From contig CAWGMA010000001.1 of the NCBI GenBank assembly GCA_963823555.1, forward strand, positions 1,440,001-1,504,000: DNA of 64,000 bases. The letters run 5' to 3'. Both the position numbers and the translations under genes were made by a program. Below are positions 1 through 10,896 of the stretch, piece after piece (the stretch's first letter is position 1; the number at the start of each line of letters is the position of its first letter). The notes under the pieces were generated by a model that was given only the letters and a program-made list of their open reading frames with translations, was not told the origin of the DNA and did no database searches. The stretch comes from Candidatus Eiseniibacteriota bacterium. GTDB lineage: Bacteria > Eisenbacteria > RBG-16-71-46 > CAVPCR01.

Positions 1-61
1 ATATCCGGGCCCCGGTCAACCGGGAAAAGCGGTGCTCCGAGCTGGAGCCCGATGGCGGGGT

Positions 62-147
62 TGGTGCCGGAGGCGGGACTTGAACCCGCATGACCGTGAG
101 GTCACCGCCTTTTGAGGGCGGCGTGTCTACCATTCCACCACTCCGGC
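62..147 (-). tRNA. tRNA-Leu (anticodon CAA), CCA encoded
   Basis: Reverse complement GCCGGAGTGGTGGAATGGTAGACACG-CCGCC-CT-CAA-AA-GGCGG-long variable arm-GCGGGTTCAAGTCCCGC-CTCCGGCACCA; folds as a class II cloverleaf. Confidence 0.96.
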
Positions 148-341
148 ACTGTCTTGGTCTCACGTGAGTATCACGCTTTGCGTCGCCCGGCAAGCCAGGC
201 CTGCGGAGGAACCCATCGCCGGGAAGCGCCGCCTGGACCATTCCGCCGCCATCGGCTACCATGGTTGAGGTGCCCCTCCCGATCGCGGATCCCACGCCGC
301 TCGCTCTTATCAAGCCAGGCCGCCACGGAGTCCAGACCATC

Positions 342-2150
342 ATGCAGGCGATGACCCCGCCCATCACTCGCGCGCAGCGCGTTGTCCTCCTTGCCCTTGC
401 CCTGTCGACGCTGGCAGCGACGAACATCCTGGCGGCCCCCTTCGACCATCCCTGGGCCATCGCCCCGCGCGACCCGGCGACGCTGGCCGTGGATCTCGAC
501 CGTCTGGCCGCGCGACCGGCCGGGTCGGACGGCCCAGTCTGGGTCACGTTCAGGGACAAGGGCATCGACTCCGACCAGAGCTTCGCCCGGGCGAGGGCGG
601 CCGCCACCGCGGCCCTCTGCCCGGCTGCCCGTGCTCGCCGCGCGGTCGTTGGCGGCAGCGAGCTCGTCGACTACCTGGACCTGCCGGTGCGCCCCGACTA
701 TGTGGCGGCCGTGGTCGCCACCGGCGCCCGCCTCCGGCATGTGAGCCGGTGGCTCAACGCCGTGAGCGTCGAGGCAAGCACGGCCGAGCTCGAGCGGATA
801 GCCGCATTGCCCGGTGTCGCGCGTCTCACCCCGGTGGCCCGGGGTCGCCGTTCGCCGCTTCCCGAGCCGATACCGGCGTCCGGGGCTCCCGATGCGGGCG
901 CCGGCGCCAGCCTTCTCGACTATGGGTCCTCCCTGGCTCAGCTGGCCGAGATCCAGGTGACCGCTGTCCACGATCTGGGCTACTCCGGGCAGGGGGTCAT
1001 CGTCTGCATGCTCGATACCGGCTTCTACAAGGACCATGAGGCCTTCGCCAGCATCATCAACGACGGACGGTTGATCGCTGAGCGCGATTTCATCAACGGC
1101 GACTGGAACACGCAGAACGAACCCGGCGACCCCAGCTCGCAGCACAACCACGGCACGTACACCTGGTCCGCCCTGGGCGGGGAATCACCGGGCGAGCTCT
1201 ACGGGCCGGCCTATGGCGCCACGTTCGCCATCGCCAAGACGGAGGACGTCTCCGACGAGCAACCCATCGAGGAGGACTTCTGGCTCGCGGCGAGCGAGTG
1301 GGCGGATTCGCTGGGCGCGAATGTCATCTCGAGTTCCCTCGCCTATCTCGACTGGTACACGTATGAGGACATGGACGGCAATACGGCGGTCACCACGAAC
1401 GCAGCCGACATCGCTGCCAGCCGGAACATCCTGGTCTCGAACTCGGCGGCCAACGAAGGCAACTCACCGTGGCATTACATCGCGGCTCCGGCCGACGCGG
1501 ATTCCATCCTCGCCGTCGGAGCGACCGACAGCGATAACGTGGTGGCGAGCTTCTCGTCGTGGGGTCCGACCTACGACGGGCGGATCAAGCCGGACGTCTG
1601 TGCGCGCGGGGTAGGTACCCGATGCGCCACGTCCCAGAGCACGAGCTCCTACGGCGGGGTCTCCGGCACCTCGCTTTCGGCGCCGCTCGTCGGCGGAGCG
1701 ATCGCCCTGGTCATGGAGGCCCGCCCGACCTGGAGCGCCTGGCAGGTGCGGCGGGCGCTCATGCTCACGGCGGATACCGCGGCCGACCCCGACAACCACC
1801 GTGGCTTCGGTCGGATCCGCGTGCTCGACGCCATTGATTTCTCGACCGTGGCCCTCGATCCGCAGTTAACTTCCCCGACGGCCGCTGCGCTTCGCATCGG
1901 CCCCAATCCCCTGGTGTTGCCCGCGGCGATCGACCTCGATCTCACCGCGAGCGGCCGGGTCGTCATCGATCTCTATGGCGCCGGCGGGCGTCATGTGACT
2001 CGCCTTGCCGAGCGCCACGCGGGTGCCGGTACGCTTCGACTCACCTGGGACGGCCGAGTCAACGGGCAGCGGGTGCCGGCTGGGGTGTACCTGGTGCGTG
2101 CCCGCGGTGAGGGTCTGGACGCGCGAGCCAAGGTCGTTCTCACCCGCTGA
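342..2150 (+). CDS. Secreted S8 (subtilisin-like) serine peptidase with C-terminal FlgD Ig-like domain
   Basis: Triad motifs MLDTG, NHGT, GTSLS; signal peptide; C-terminal GPNP...LTWDG...PAGVYLVR. Start at 342 or 351 (GGAG at 327-330) rather than 261. Confidence 0.92.
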   Translation: MQAMTPPITRAQRVVLLALALSTLAATNILAAPFDHPWAIAPRDPATLAVDLDRLAARPAGSDGPVWVTFRDKGIDSDQSFARARAAATAALCPAARARRAVVGGSELVDYLDLPVRPDYVAAVVATGARLRHVSRWLNAVSVEASTAELERIAALPGVARLTPVARGRRSPLPEPIPASGAPDAGAGASLLDYGSSLAQLAEIQVTAVHDLGYSGQGVIVCMLDTGFYKDHEAFASIINDGRLIAERDFINGDWNTQNEPGDPSSQHNHGTYTWSALGGESPGELYGPAYGATFAIAKTEDVSDEQPIEEDFWLAASEWADSLGANVISSSLAYLDWYTYEDMDGNTAVTTNAADIAASRNILVSNSAANEGNSPWHYIAAPADADSILAVGATDSDNVVASFSSWGPTYDGRIKPDVCARGVGTRCATSQSTSSYGGVSGTSLSAPLVGGAIALVMEARPTWSAWQVRRALMLTADTAADPDNHRGFGRIRVLDAIDFSTVALDPQLTSPTAAALRIGPNPLVLPAAIDLDLTASGRVVIDLYGAGGRHVTRLAERHAGAGTLRLTWDGRVNGQRVPAGVYLVRARGEGLDARAKVVLTR

Positions 2151-2175
2151 GCCGAGATCCCGATCCGGCAGTCGA

Positions 2176-3290
2176 CTAGCCGATCGTCTTCTTGAAGCGG
2201 GTGGCCGCAACCGCGAGGAGCGTGCCCCCGATTACCAAGAGGGCCAGGTCCTCTGGCCACAGGGCATCGATACCGGCTCCCTTCAGGAAGATCCCGCGCA
2301 CGATCACCAGGTAGTGACGCATCGGGTTGACGAGCGTCAGCCACTGGAAGATCTCGGGCATGCTCGACACCGGGAACATGAACCCGGACAGCAGCATCGT
2401 CGGCATGAAGACCAGGAAGCTCGACAGGAAGGCCTCCTGCTGGGTGTTCGAGACGGTCGAGATGAGAAGCCCGATCCCGAGTCCCGAGAGCAGATAGAGC
2501 AGACTCGCTCCGACCAGATGGAGCCAGTTGCCCATGAAGGGCACGCGGAACCAGAGGAGGGCGACCGCCGTGATGAGGGCGAGATCGAGCAGCCCGATCA
2601 GCGCGAACGGGATCGTCTTGCCGGCGATGAGCTCGCGCGCCGTGAGCGGGCTCACCATCAGCTGCTCGAGGGTGCCGATCTCGCGCTCCCGCACCACCGC
2701 CAGCGCGGTCAGGATGAGGCAGATGAGCATCATGATGGCGCCCATGACCGCGGGCACGTTGTAGTTGCGGCTCTCGAGGTCGGGGTTGAACCAGGCGCGC
2801 TCGCGCAGCTCGATCGGCGGCCCCAGCGCGCGGCCTCGGGTGCCGACATCGAGGACGATGCGCTCGGCGTAGCCCTTGGCGACTGTCGCCACGTTCGAGT
2901 TGGTGCCGTCGACGAGGACCTGGACCTCCGCCTGCCCGCGGGCCAGGTCGCGGGCGTAACCGGCCGGGATCTCGATCGCGACGATCGCCGTGCCGTGGTC
3001 GAGGGCGCGGACCAGGTCCGCCGAACGCGACCCGACAGCGACCACGCGGAAGTACCCCGAGCGGTGAGGGTGGCCAGGAGGTCGCGTGATTCGCGGGTCC
3101 GGTCGTGGTCGACGACGATGGTGGCCGTGTGGCGGACGTCGGTCGACACGGCGTAGCCGAAGATCAGGAGCTGGATGATCGGCGCCACGATCACCAGGCG
3201 CGCCAGGCGCGGGTCGCGGAAGATCTGCAGGAACTCCTTGCGGACCATCTCGGCGATGCGCTCGCCGCCCGGGCGCCGGCGATTCCTCAT
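2176..3290 (-). CDS. ABC-2 type permease (YbhR-like); one apparent frameshift near 3061
   Basis: N-part MVRKEFLQIFRD...FGYA in one frame; C-part REREIGTLEQLMVSP, LSGFMFPVSSMP in another; joined by one missing C. Confidence 0.88.
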
Positions 3291-3305
3291 GGCTGGCGCG
3301 CCCAC

Positions 3306-4423
3306 CTAGAGCTCCTTCCGGAAGACCCGCACGGCCAGCGACAGGCCGACGGCGGCGAACAGAACCATCAACAGGCCCTGGACGTAGAGCACGTCGATGC
3401 CGACCCCCTTGAGGAAGATGCCGCGCGTCACGACCAGGAAGTAGCGCGCCGGGACGAGAAAGGTGAACAGCTGCAGCGGCTTCGGCATGACCTCGATCGC
3501 GAACATGAAGCCGGAGAGCAGAAAGGCGGGAAGGAAGGTGACGATCATCGCCATCTGCGTGGCGAGCAGCTGCGAACGGGCCACCGCCGAGATGAACATG
3601 CCGAGACCCAGGGCACCCACCAGAAAGAAGAAGGAGAGAATGAGGAGGAGAACCGGGTCCCCGCGGAAGGGCACGCCGAAGAGGAGCACGCCAAGAACCG
3701 CGATCGCCACCACATCGACGAGGCCGATGACCAGATACGGGAGCAGCTTGCCGAGGACGACCTCGAGCCGTGTCACCGGCGTGGCCGCGAGCTGCTCCAT
3801 CGTGCCGCGTTCCCACTCGCGCGCGATCGTCAGCGAGGTCAGCATGGCGGCGATGATCATCATGATCACGGCGATCAGCCCGGGGACGATCATGTTGCGG
3901 CTGCGCAATTCCTCGTTGTACCAGACCCGGCTCCGGGCCGCGAGCGGGGGCCTGGTCACTCTCCCGGCGAGGACGGCGCGGCGGGAGAAGTCGCTGACGA
4001 TGGCCTGGGCGTAGGCGAGGGCGATGGTCGCGGTGTTGGCGTCGCTCCCGTCGACGATCGCCTGCACGGTCGCCGTGCGACCGGCGCCGATGTCGGCGGC
4101 GAAGTCGACGGGGATGACGATCCCGATCAGGATCCGGCCGCGGTCGAGCAAGGAGGGCAGATCGCCGCGCCGTGCCGGGGCGGCAACCAGGGTGAAATAC
4201 CCGGAGCTGCTGAAGGCATCGATGAGGCTGCGGCTCGTCGGGATGCGTCCTGATCGACCACGGCGAGGCGGATCTCGTCGACATCCCAGGTGATGGCGTA
4301 GCCGAAGAGAATGAGGAGCAGGATCGGCAGAACGAAGGCGAGGATCAGGCTGCGCAGGTCGCGCCGGAGCTGGATCAGCTCCTTGCGGGCCACGGCCACA
4401 AGTCGCATCCGACTCAACCGCAT
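3306..4423 (-). CDS. ABC-2 type permease (YbhS-like); one apparent frameshift near 4241
   Basis: ARKELIQLRRD...FGYAI then AREWERGTMEQL; frames join with one extra C (TCC CCG). Confidence 0.88.
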
Positions 4424-4436
4424 CGCTTCCTCCCCC

Positions 4437-5400
4437 TCAGTCGACCGCCGCCCCGCCGGCGGCCAGCACACGGGCGATGAAGACATCCTCGAGAGATGGG
4501 GCGATTTCCTCGCTGGCCTGAGCCTCGATGCCGGCGGCGGTCAGGCGCTCGGCGATGGCGCTCCGCGCCTGATCGAGGTCGGACACCGTCAGGTGGACCG
4601 CGCGCCCGAAGATGCCCGCGGCGATCACTCCCGGCGCGTCGGCGAGGATCTCGACCGCGCGCGGGCTCGATGCGGTCCGCACCTCGAGGATCGGCGATGC
4701 CATGCTGGCGCGGAGCGCGGCCGGCGAGTCGAGAGCGATCAGCCGACCGCGATTCATGAGGGCCAGCCGGTGGCAGTACTCGGCCTCCTCCATGTAGTGC
4801 GTGGTGACGAAGACGGTGGTGCCCCGGTCGGCGAGGTCGTAGATCAGGTCCCAGAAACTCCGGCGCGAGATCGGATCGACGCCCGAGGTCGGCTCGTCGA
4901 GGAAGAGAATCGGCGGTTCGTGCAGCACGGCGCAGCCCAGCGCCAGGCGCTGCTTCCAGCCGAGCGGGAGCTCGCCGGTGAGCCGGGTGCGCTGATCGCC
5001 GAGGCCGGCCATCTCGAGCACCCAGTCCCGCCGCTCCTGCCGGCGGGTGCGAGGCACGCCGTAGAGTCCGGAGAAGAACGCGATGTTCTCCTCGACCGTG
5101 AGATCGGCGTAGAGCGAGAAGAGCTGGGACATGTAGCCGATCCGGTGCTTGATCGCCTCGGTCTGGGTCCGGAGATCGAATCCGGCGACCTGCCCCTCCC
5201 CCGCGGACGGGGCCAGAAGCCCGGTGAGCATCTTGATGGTCGTCGTCTTGCCGGCGCCGTTGGGACCGAGGAAGCCGAAGATCTCTCCTTGTCGACGCTG
5301 AAGGTGACGTGGTCGACGGCGATGAAGCGCCGAAGCTGCGCGTCAGGTCCTTGACGGCCACGGCGGGCTCGTCCCGGCCGGGATGCGTGCCCTGGCTCAT
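4437..5400 (-). CDS. ABC transporter ATP-binding protein; two apparent frameshifts near 5327 and 5288
   Basis: Reconstructs [47 protein letters not shown] signature; FLDEPT. Confidence 0.88.
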
Positions 5401-6335
5401 GATGCCTCCCGGGCGGAGACGAGATCGATGAAGACGTCCTCCATCGAAGGCTCGCCCGGCAGCACGTCCACGATGGCGCATCCGGCGCGGCTGAGGCCGG
5501 CGGCGATGAGCGGAGCCGCGGCTCGCGCCTCGGCCACCGTGAGATGCAGGCGGTCGCCGAAGATCGCCGCTCGCTCCACTTCTGGAAGCGCGCGGGCCGC
5601 GGCTCGGGCGCGACGCGGATCTTCGCACTCGACGACCAGCAGGCGGCCGGCGAGTCGAGACATCAATGCTCCGGGCGTGTCGACCGCGAGCAAGCGTCCG
5701 CCATCGAGAAGAGCCACCCGATCGAAACGTTCGGCCTCGTCCATGTAGGCGGTCGAGACGATGGTGGTGACGCCGGCCGCCACCATGTCGTGCACGATGA
5801 GCCACAGGTCGCGACGGGAGATCGGATCGACGCCGAAGGTCGGTTCGTCGAGGAGGAGGATCTCCGGCGTGTGAATCAAGGCACAGGAGAGCCCGAGCTT
5901 CTGCTTCATGCCTCCCGAGAGCTTTCCGGCCAGACGGTCGGCGAAGGGTCCGAGATTCGAGAACGGAAAGAGGCGCTCGATCCGGGCTTCGCGCTCGGCT
6001 CGGGGCACCTCGTAGAGGTCGGCGTAGAAGTCCAGGTTCTCTCGCACGGTGAGATCGGCGTAGAGGCCGAAACGCTGGGACATGTAGGCAATGCGGGTCT
6101 TGACGCCTTCGGGGTCGCGCCCGACGCTCACTCCGCCAACGGTGGCGTCGCCGGCAGTCGGCCGCAGGACTCCGGCGAGCATGCGCAGGGTGGTCGTCTT
6201 GCCGGCGCCGTCCGGCCCGACCAGCCCGAAGAGCTCCCCCCGATCGACGCTGAAGGAGATCTCGTCCACCGCCCTCGTGGCCCGGAAGCAGCGACTGAGA
6301 CTCTGGACGGCGACAGCCTGAGCCCCCCCAGTCAT
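5397..6335 (-). CDS. ABC transporter ATP-binding protein
   Basis: GPDGAGKTT, LSGGMKQK, LLDEPT. Confidence 0.95.
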   Translation of the reverse strand: MTGGAQAVAVQSLSRCFRATRAVDEISFSVDRGELFGLVGPDGAGKTTTLRMLAGVLRPTAGDATVGGVSVGRDPEGVKTRIAYMSQRFGLYADLTVRENLDFYADLYEVPRAEREARIERLFPFSNLGPFADRLAGKLSGGMKQKLGLSCALIHTPEILLLDEPTFGVDPISRRDLWLIVHDMVAAGVTTIVSTAYMDEAERFDRVALLDGGRLLAVDTPGALMSRLAGRLLVVECEDPRRARAAARALPEVERAAIFGDRLHLTVAEARAAAPLIAAGLSRAGCAIVDVLPGEPSMEDVFIDLVSAREAS

Positions 6336-7336
6336 GGCGCGAGGTCGATCCGCACGTCGGCCGGCATGCCGGGCTTCAGATCATAGGTGGGGTCATCGGT
6401 GATCCGGACCTTCACGGCATAGACGAGCTTGACCCGCTCCTCGCTGGTCTGCACGTTCTTGGGCGTGAACTCCGCTTCGCTCGCAATGAACACGACCTGC
6501 CCGCCATAGATCCTGTCGGGATAGGTGTCCGCTGTGATCTTCGCCGGCTGCCCGAGCTGGACGGCACCGATCCGGGTCTCCGGGATGTAGATCCGGACCC
6601 AGCGATCGTCCTGGTTCAGGAGACTCAGCACCGGCGATCCCGGAGCGATCACCTCTCCGGGTTCGCGATGACGGACGGTGACGATCCCGGCGAACGGCGC
6701 GCGAATCACCATGTTGTCGAGGGTGGCCTCGACCGCGCGCAGGGCCGCCTCCGCCTGTTCGAGCGCGGCCCGCTGGGCGGCGATGCGCTCGACACGTGGT
6801 CCGCTCCGGACGAGCTCCAGCTGTTCGGCGGCTGCCGCCTCCTGGCTCGCCGCGACCTCGGCTGCCACGGCGGCCTTGTCGAGTACTTCGCGGCTCACGG
6901 CGCCGCCGGCAAAGAGCTCCTGGGCGCGCGTCAAGTCGCGCCGGGCGTCGGTCAGACGTTCGCGCGCTCCGTCGTGGGCGGCGCGCGCCTGCGCTACCTC
7001 CTCGGACCGCGAGCCGGCTTCCATTTCTGTGAGTAGGGCCCGAGCCGCGGCGACCTGGGCCCGCGATTGATCCCGCCGGGCAGCCATCTCGTCCTGGTCG
7101 AGCCGCGCCATCTCGGCAGCGGCTCCGATCCGGTCCCCCTCGCGGGCGGCGATCGCCGCGATGCGCCCCGTCAACTGGAAGCCGAGCTGGGCCTCGGTGG
7201 CCTCCACGGTTCCCGAGGCGGTGAGGATGTTTCCGGGGGCACCGGTGTCCAGGCTTCTCCAGCGCACGAGCAGCGCGATCACGATGATGACAACTGGAAT
7301 CAGGACAAGCAGGCGCCGAAGCGGCTTCCTGGTCAT
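6332..7336 (-). CDS. HlyD/YbhG-family periplasmic adaptor
   Basis: N-terminal TM, ASGTVEATE, coiled coil, AEFTPKNVQT...LKPGMPA; start MTRKPL at 7336. Confidence 0.92.
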   Translation of the reverse strand: MTRKPLRRLLVLIPVVIIVIALLVRWRSLDTGAPGNILTASGTVEATEAQLGFQLTGRIAAIAAREGDRIGAAAEMARLDQDEMAARRDQSRAQVAAARALLTEMEAGSRSEEVAQARAAHDGARERLTDARRDLTRAQELFAGGAVSREVLDKAAVAAEVAASQEAAAAEQLELVRSGPRVERIAAQRAALEQAEAALRAVEATLDNMVIRAPFAGIVTVRHREPGEVIAPGSPVLSLLNQDDRWVRIYIPETRIGAVQLGQPAKITADTYPDRIYGGQVVFIASEAEFTPKNVQTSEERVKLVYAVKVRITDDPTYDLKPGMPADVRIDLAP

Positions 7337-7370
7337 GGCCTCTGTCTCCCGCTCAACTGGGTCAAGGTCC

Positions 7371-8714
7371 TCATGGCGTCGCCCTGGTGGTGAGCTCTGC
7401 CGCGATCCACTCCGGCCCGAGCTCTCCGGTGGTCCGCGCGAGCTCGACGCGGGCCAGGATCTCGGCGTTCCTTGCTTCCGTGAGGCGGGCCCGGGTGGTG
7501 AACAGGCTCGCCTCGGCGTCCAGGTAGTCCGTCTGCGTTCCGGATCCGGCATCGAGCGCCAGCTTCTCGATGCGCGCCACCTCGGCAAAGCGCGCTTCCG
7601 CGGTCTCGAGGCTCCGGACCAGCGCCCGCGCCTGCGTGACCACGGTGCGGGCGCGATCGATGTCGTGAGCGATCTCGAGCTCTGTTGCGCGCAATGCCTC
7701 CCCGGCCCCGCGATGCGCCGCATCGGCCCGGGCGATGTTCTGGCGAATCGCACCGCCGGTGAAGAGGGGCAGCTTGAGCGCCACGCCGGTGCTCCACTCG
7801 GCCGGGAGATTCGCTTCCGGGCTGTTGCGATCGATCCAGTTCCCGAACAGGTCGACGGCAGGCCACCGGGCTCCGCGGGCGGCCGCGCGGCCGGCGTCCG
7901 CAGCAGCGACCTCGGCCCGGGCCTCCTCTCCCCTCGGACTCCGGGCGAGCGCGAGGGCGACGAGCTCGTCGCGCGACGCCACCACGGTGTCAGCGAGGGC
8001 CGGTTGCTCGAGAACACTCGCCCGCGTCGCCTCGAGAGGGGCGTCGATCAGGCGAGCGAGATCCTGCTCGGCCACGTCGAGGGTGGCCGCCAGGCGGACG
8101 TGGTCGGCCTCGGCGTCGGCGATCGCCGCCTCGACCCGCAACACCTCGACGCGCGCGGCGCGGCCCGACTCGAGCAAGCGGATCGCCCGATCGTGCTCGG
8201 CCTGGAGGGCGACGAGTTGCTGCTCTTGCGCAGCCAGGACCTCGTTCGTCGAAAGCACTTCGAGGTAGGTCCTCGCAACGCGCGTGATCAGGAGCTTCTC
8301 GCTGGCATCGCGGCGGGCACCGGCCGCGCCGGCCCGGGCGCGGGCCGAATCGATCTGGCGCCCGCGCGCAAAGCCATCGAAGAGCGTGTAGTCGGCCTGG
8401 AGAGCCGCCTGTAGGTGCGTGCGCTCGAAGGGTGGAATGAGCTCCGGGGTGAAGCCATGGATCGGCGCCACGGCCATCGGCTTCTGATACTGGGTGGCGC
8501 CCGTGGAGAATCCGAGCGTCGGCCAGCGCTGGGCCGCAACCTGTCCCGCCGCGGCCACTGCCTCATCCGCGGCGGCTTCCGCGCTGGCGAGCGCGGGATG
8601 CGTTTCGAGCGCACGGGAAACCGCGAGCTCGAGCGTGAGCGGCTGGGCGCTGACAGCGGACGCGGCCAGCATCGCCAGGACCATGGCGCCGACTGGGCGC
8701 GGGCTCCATGTCAT
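7371..8714 (-). CDS. TolC-family outer membrane efflux protein
   Basis: Signal peptide, LTLELAVSRALETHP, two repeats with PLFTGG/YTLFDG. Confidence 0.92.
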   Translation of the reverse strand: MTWSPRPVGAMVLAMLAASAVSAQPLTLELAVSRALETHPALASAEAAADEAVAAAGQVAAQRWPTLGFSTGATQYQKPMAVAPIHGFTPELIPPFERTHLQAALQADYTLFDGFARGRQIDSARARAGAAGARRDASEKLLITRVARTYLEVLSTNEVLAAQEQQLVALQAEHDRAIRLLESGRAARVEVLRVEAAIADAEADHVRLAATLDVAEQDLARLIDAPLEATRASVLEQPALADTVVASRDELVALALARSPRGEEARAEVAAADAGRAAARGARWPAVDLFGNWIDRNSPEANLPAEWSTGVALKLPLFTGGAIRQNIARADAAHRGAGEALRATELEIAHDIDRARTVVTQARALVRSLETAEARFAEVARIEKLALDAGSGTQTDYLDAEASLFTTRARLTEARNAEILARVELARTTGELGPEWIAAELTTRATP

Positions 8715-9361
8715 CGCGGGTTCCTCCTTGGCGGCTCGAGGCTGCGGCGAATGAATCGGATCGTGTGCGTGACGAATCGCTCCCGCTGTTCGGGGTCCTC
8801 GGTGTCGAGGGCGAGGACGTCGCGAAGGCGCCGGCGGAGCAGCGTCACATAGACCGGATGCGCCATGATGTTCACGGTCATGAACAGGGGCTCGCCGGGA
8901 ACGATGCTGCCCTCGGCCTGGCCGGCCCGGATCAAGCCCGAGATCGAGCGGGTCACCTGTTGCATCAGATGCCTGAGCGGCGGGGGTACGGGGCGGTTCT
9001 CGGCGAGCTCGCGGATCATGAGCGCAGAGAGATCCCGATGTTCACCCTGGTAGGCGAAGACGGCCCGTATCAGGGCCTCGATCCGATCGATGGGCGGCCT
9101 TGCCGCAGAGGCGCTCGCGCCATTGATGCGCTCCAGCAGCGGGTTGCAGAGAGATGCCAGGACCGCGTGGTAGAGGCCTTCTTTGCCTCCGTAGTGGTAG
9201 GTCACGGCTCCCAGGTTGGCCCGGGCATGGGTGGTGATGGCGCGGACCGACGTCGATTGGTAGCCGTTGCGGGCGAAGAGTCGTCTCCCCGATTCGAGGA
9301 GGGCGGCCGCGGTGCCGCGCCCGCTCGGAATGCTCTTGGGCCGCTCGCGCCTCTCATTCAT
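8711..9361 (-). CDS. TetR family regulator (CecR/YbiH-like)
   Basis: LFARNGYQSTSVRAI...NLGAVTYHYGGKEGLY HTH; heads the efflux operon. Confidence 0.92.
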   Translation of the reverse strand: MNERRERPKSIPSGRGTAAALLESGRRLFARNGYQSTSVRAITTHARANLGAVTYHYGGKEGLYHAVLASLCNPLLERINGASASAARPPIDRIEALIRAVFAYQGEHRDLSALMIRELAENRPVPPPLRHLMQQVTRSISGLIRAGQAEGSIVPGEPLFMTVNIMAHPVYVTLLRRRLRDVLALDTEDPEQRERFVTHTIRFIRRSLEPPRRNPR

Positions 9362-9373
9362 ACATTTGTATGA
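9358..9373. promoter_or_regulatory. Palindromic operator, probably for TetR autorepression
   Basis: Perfect inverted repeat TCATACA-TT-TGTATGA overlapping the tetR ATG; TTGCCA -35-like hexamer just upstream on minus. Confidence 0.75.
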
Positions 9374-9456
9374 TTACCGCAGGCGGACGGGTCTGGCAAG
9401 GGGAATCCTGGTGGTGGGGTGGTCGCGCGGGCCGGCCGACTGCCGGTTCCCGGCGC

Positions 9457-10896
9457 CTATTCGCCGATCAGGTTGCGAGCGTCGAAGATGAGATCGATGC
9501 GCCGGTTCAAGGCCCGGCCCGCCTCCGTGTCGTTGGTGGCGATCGGGACCTCCTCCCCCTTCCCCACCGTGGACACCAGGCGATCGGAGAGTTCCATGTT
9601 GGCTTCGAGGTAGTGGCGCACGGCTTCGGCACGCTCCCGGGAGAGGATGAGGTTCTTGGTCTCGTCCCCCTTGGAGTCGGTATGTCCCTCGATGGTGACC
9701 CCCGCGCCCGGGAGCTCGCGCATGGCTCGCATCACCTTGCTGAGGAGGGGAAAGCTCTCGGGGAGGATCTCGCTCTTGCCGGGGGCGAAGTGGACTTGCA
9801 TGAGGCGCAAGGTGAGCTGGCCCCGCTCTCTGAGGAGGATCGCCTCCTCGGACGTGAACAGATCGCCGACCCGCTCGAGGCGCTGCTCGCGCTCACGCTG
9901 GACCGCGAGCTCGGCGCTGAGCCCCCTTCCCTTGGCCCTGAGGGCTTCGATCTCGGCCTGGGCCAGGTTCAGATCGCGGGCCAGCTCCTGGCGCTCGAGC
10001 TTCAACGCCACGATGCCGCGCCTGATTCGCTCGCCGGTTGCCGCGAGCCCGGCGCTGAAGTCCGCCTCCTGCCCGAGGAGCGAGGCGATCGCTTCGAGTT
10101 CGTGTTCGGCCGACAGGACGAGTGTCTCATAGGCGGCCTTGTCCTCTCCGCTGCGCGCGGCCGTTCCGGCGATGGTCAGGGCCCGTGACGCATCCTTCTC
10201 CGCCTTCATGGCCAGCTCGACGGCTTCCTTACGTCGTCTGCGGTCGATGTCGAGCTCGTGTTCGGCCGCCGCGAGGGCTTCCTGGGCCCGGGCCAGGCTG
10301 ACGGGCGCCCACACCTCGGCCTCAGCCGCCAGCGCCGCGTCGATCCGTTCTCTGGCGGGGCCAAGCGTGTCCGTCTTGATGGCGGTGAGTTCCGCTTCGC
10401 GGAACCGTCGCTCGGCGTCCGCCGCCTTGATGCGTGCTTCCTGCGGGTCCTGTGTAGCCCGTTCCGCAGCTTCACGGAAGTCTCGCTCGGCTCTCTCGAA
10501 GGACTCTGCGGCGTGCATGGCGGCATCGGCGGCTCTGGCTGCGTCGTAGGCCTCGAGTGCCGGAGCAAGGAGGCGGCGGTTGGCCTCGGCCGTGAGCGTC
10601 GCCTCGGCAAGCAAGCTGGACGCGCGCTCGAGTTGCCTGGCTTGATCCTCCGCCCTGGCGCCGCGGCTCACCAGCGATCGCGCCGCCTCGACCTCGCGCT
10701 CGGCTGCCGCGTACTCGCGGGGCGCCAGGAGGTCGGCGCGGGCTTCCGTCGCGCGCGCGAAGGATGCCTCGACGGAGCCAAGTGTGGCAGGCGGCGCCTC
10801 GGCGCCCCTGGCAGGGAGCGGATCGTAGCTCTGGGCTGCTGCTCCGAGGAGAAGCGCCAGGACGAGGCGAGCGATGCTTCGCGCCTCCCCGGCCAT
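9457..10896 (-). CDS. OmpA-family peptidoglycan-binding protein with helical (DUF4398-like) N-terminus
   Basis: IEGHTDSKG, LSRERAEAV, PIATNDTEAGRALNRRID; signal peptide. Confidence 0.9.
   Translation of the reverse strand: MAGEARSIARLVLALLLGAAAQSYDPLPARGAEAPPATLGSVEASFARATEARADLLAPREYAAAEREVEAARSLVSRGARAEDQARQLERASSLLAEATLTAEANRRLLAPALEAYDAARAADAAMHAAESFERAERDFREAAERATQDPQEARIKAADAERRFREAELTAIKTDTLGPARERIDAALAAEAEVWAPVSLARAQEALAAAEHELDIDRRRRKEAVELAMKAEKDASRALTIAGTAARSGEDKAAYETLVLSAEHELEAIASLLGQEADFSAGLAATGERIRRGIVALKLERQELARDLNLAQAEIEALRAKGRGLSAELAVQREREQRLERVGDLFTSEEAILLRERGQLTLRLMQVHFAPGKSEILPESFPLLSKVMRAMRELPGAGVTIEGHTDSKGDETKNLILSRERAEAVRHYLEANMELSDRLVSTVGKGEEVPIATNDTEAGRALNRRIDLIFDARNLIGE

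Noticed and set aside
43..61. CCCCGCCATCGGGCTCCA (minus) resembling a tRNA 3' end or att remnant
   Set aside because: No T-loop or remaining cloverleaf, no integrase and no second copy in the window; more likely part of a downstream hairpin
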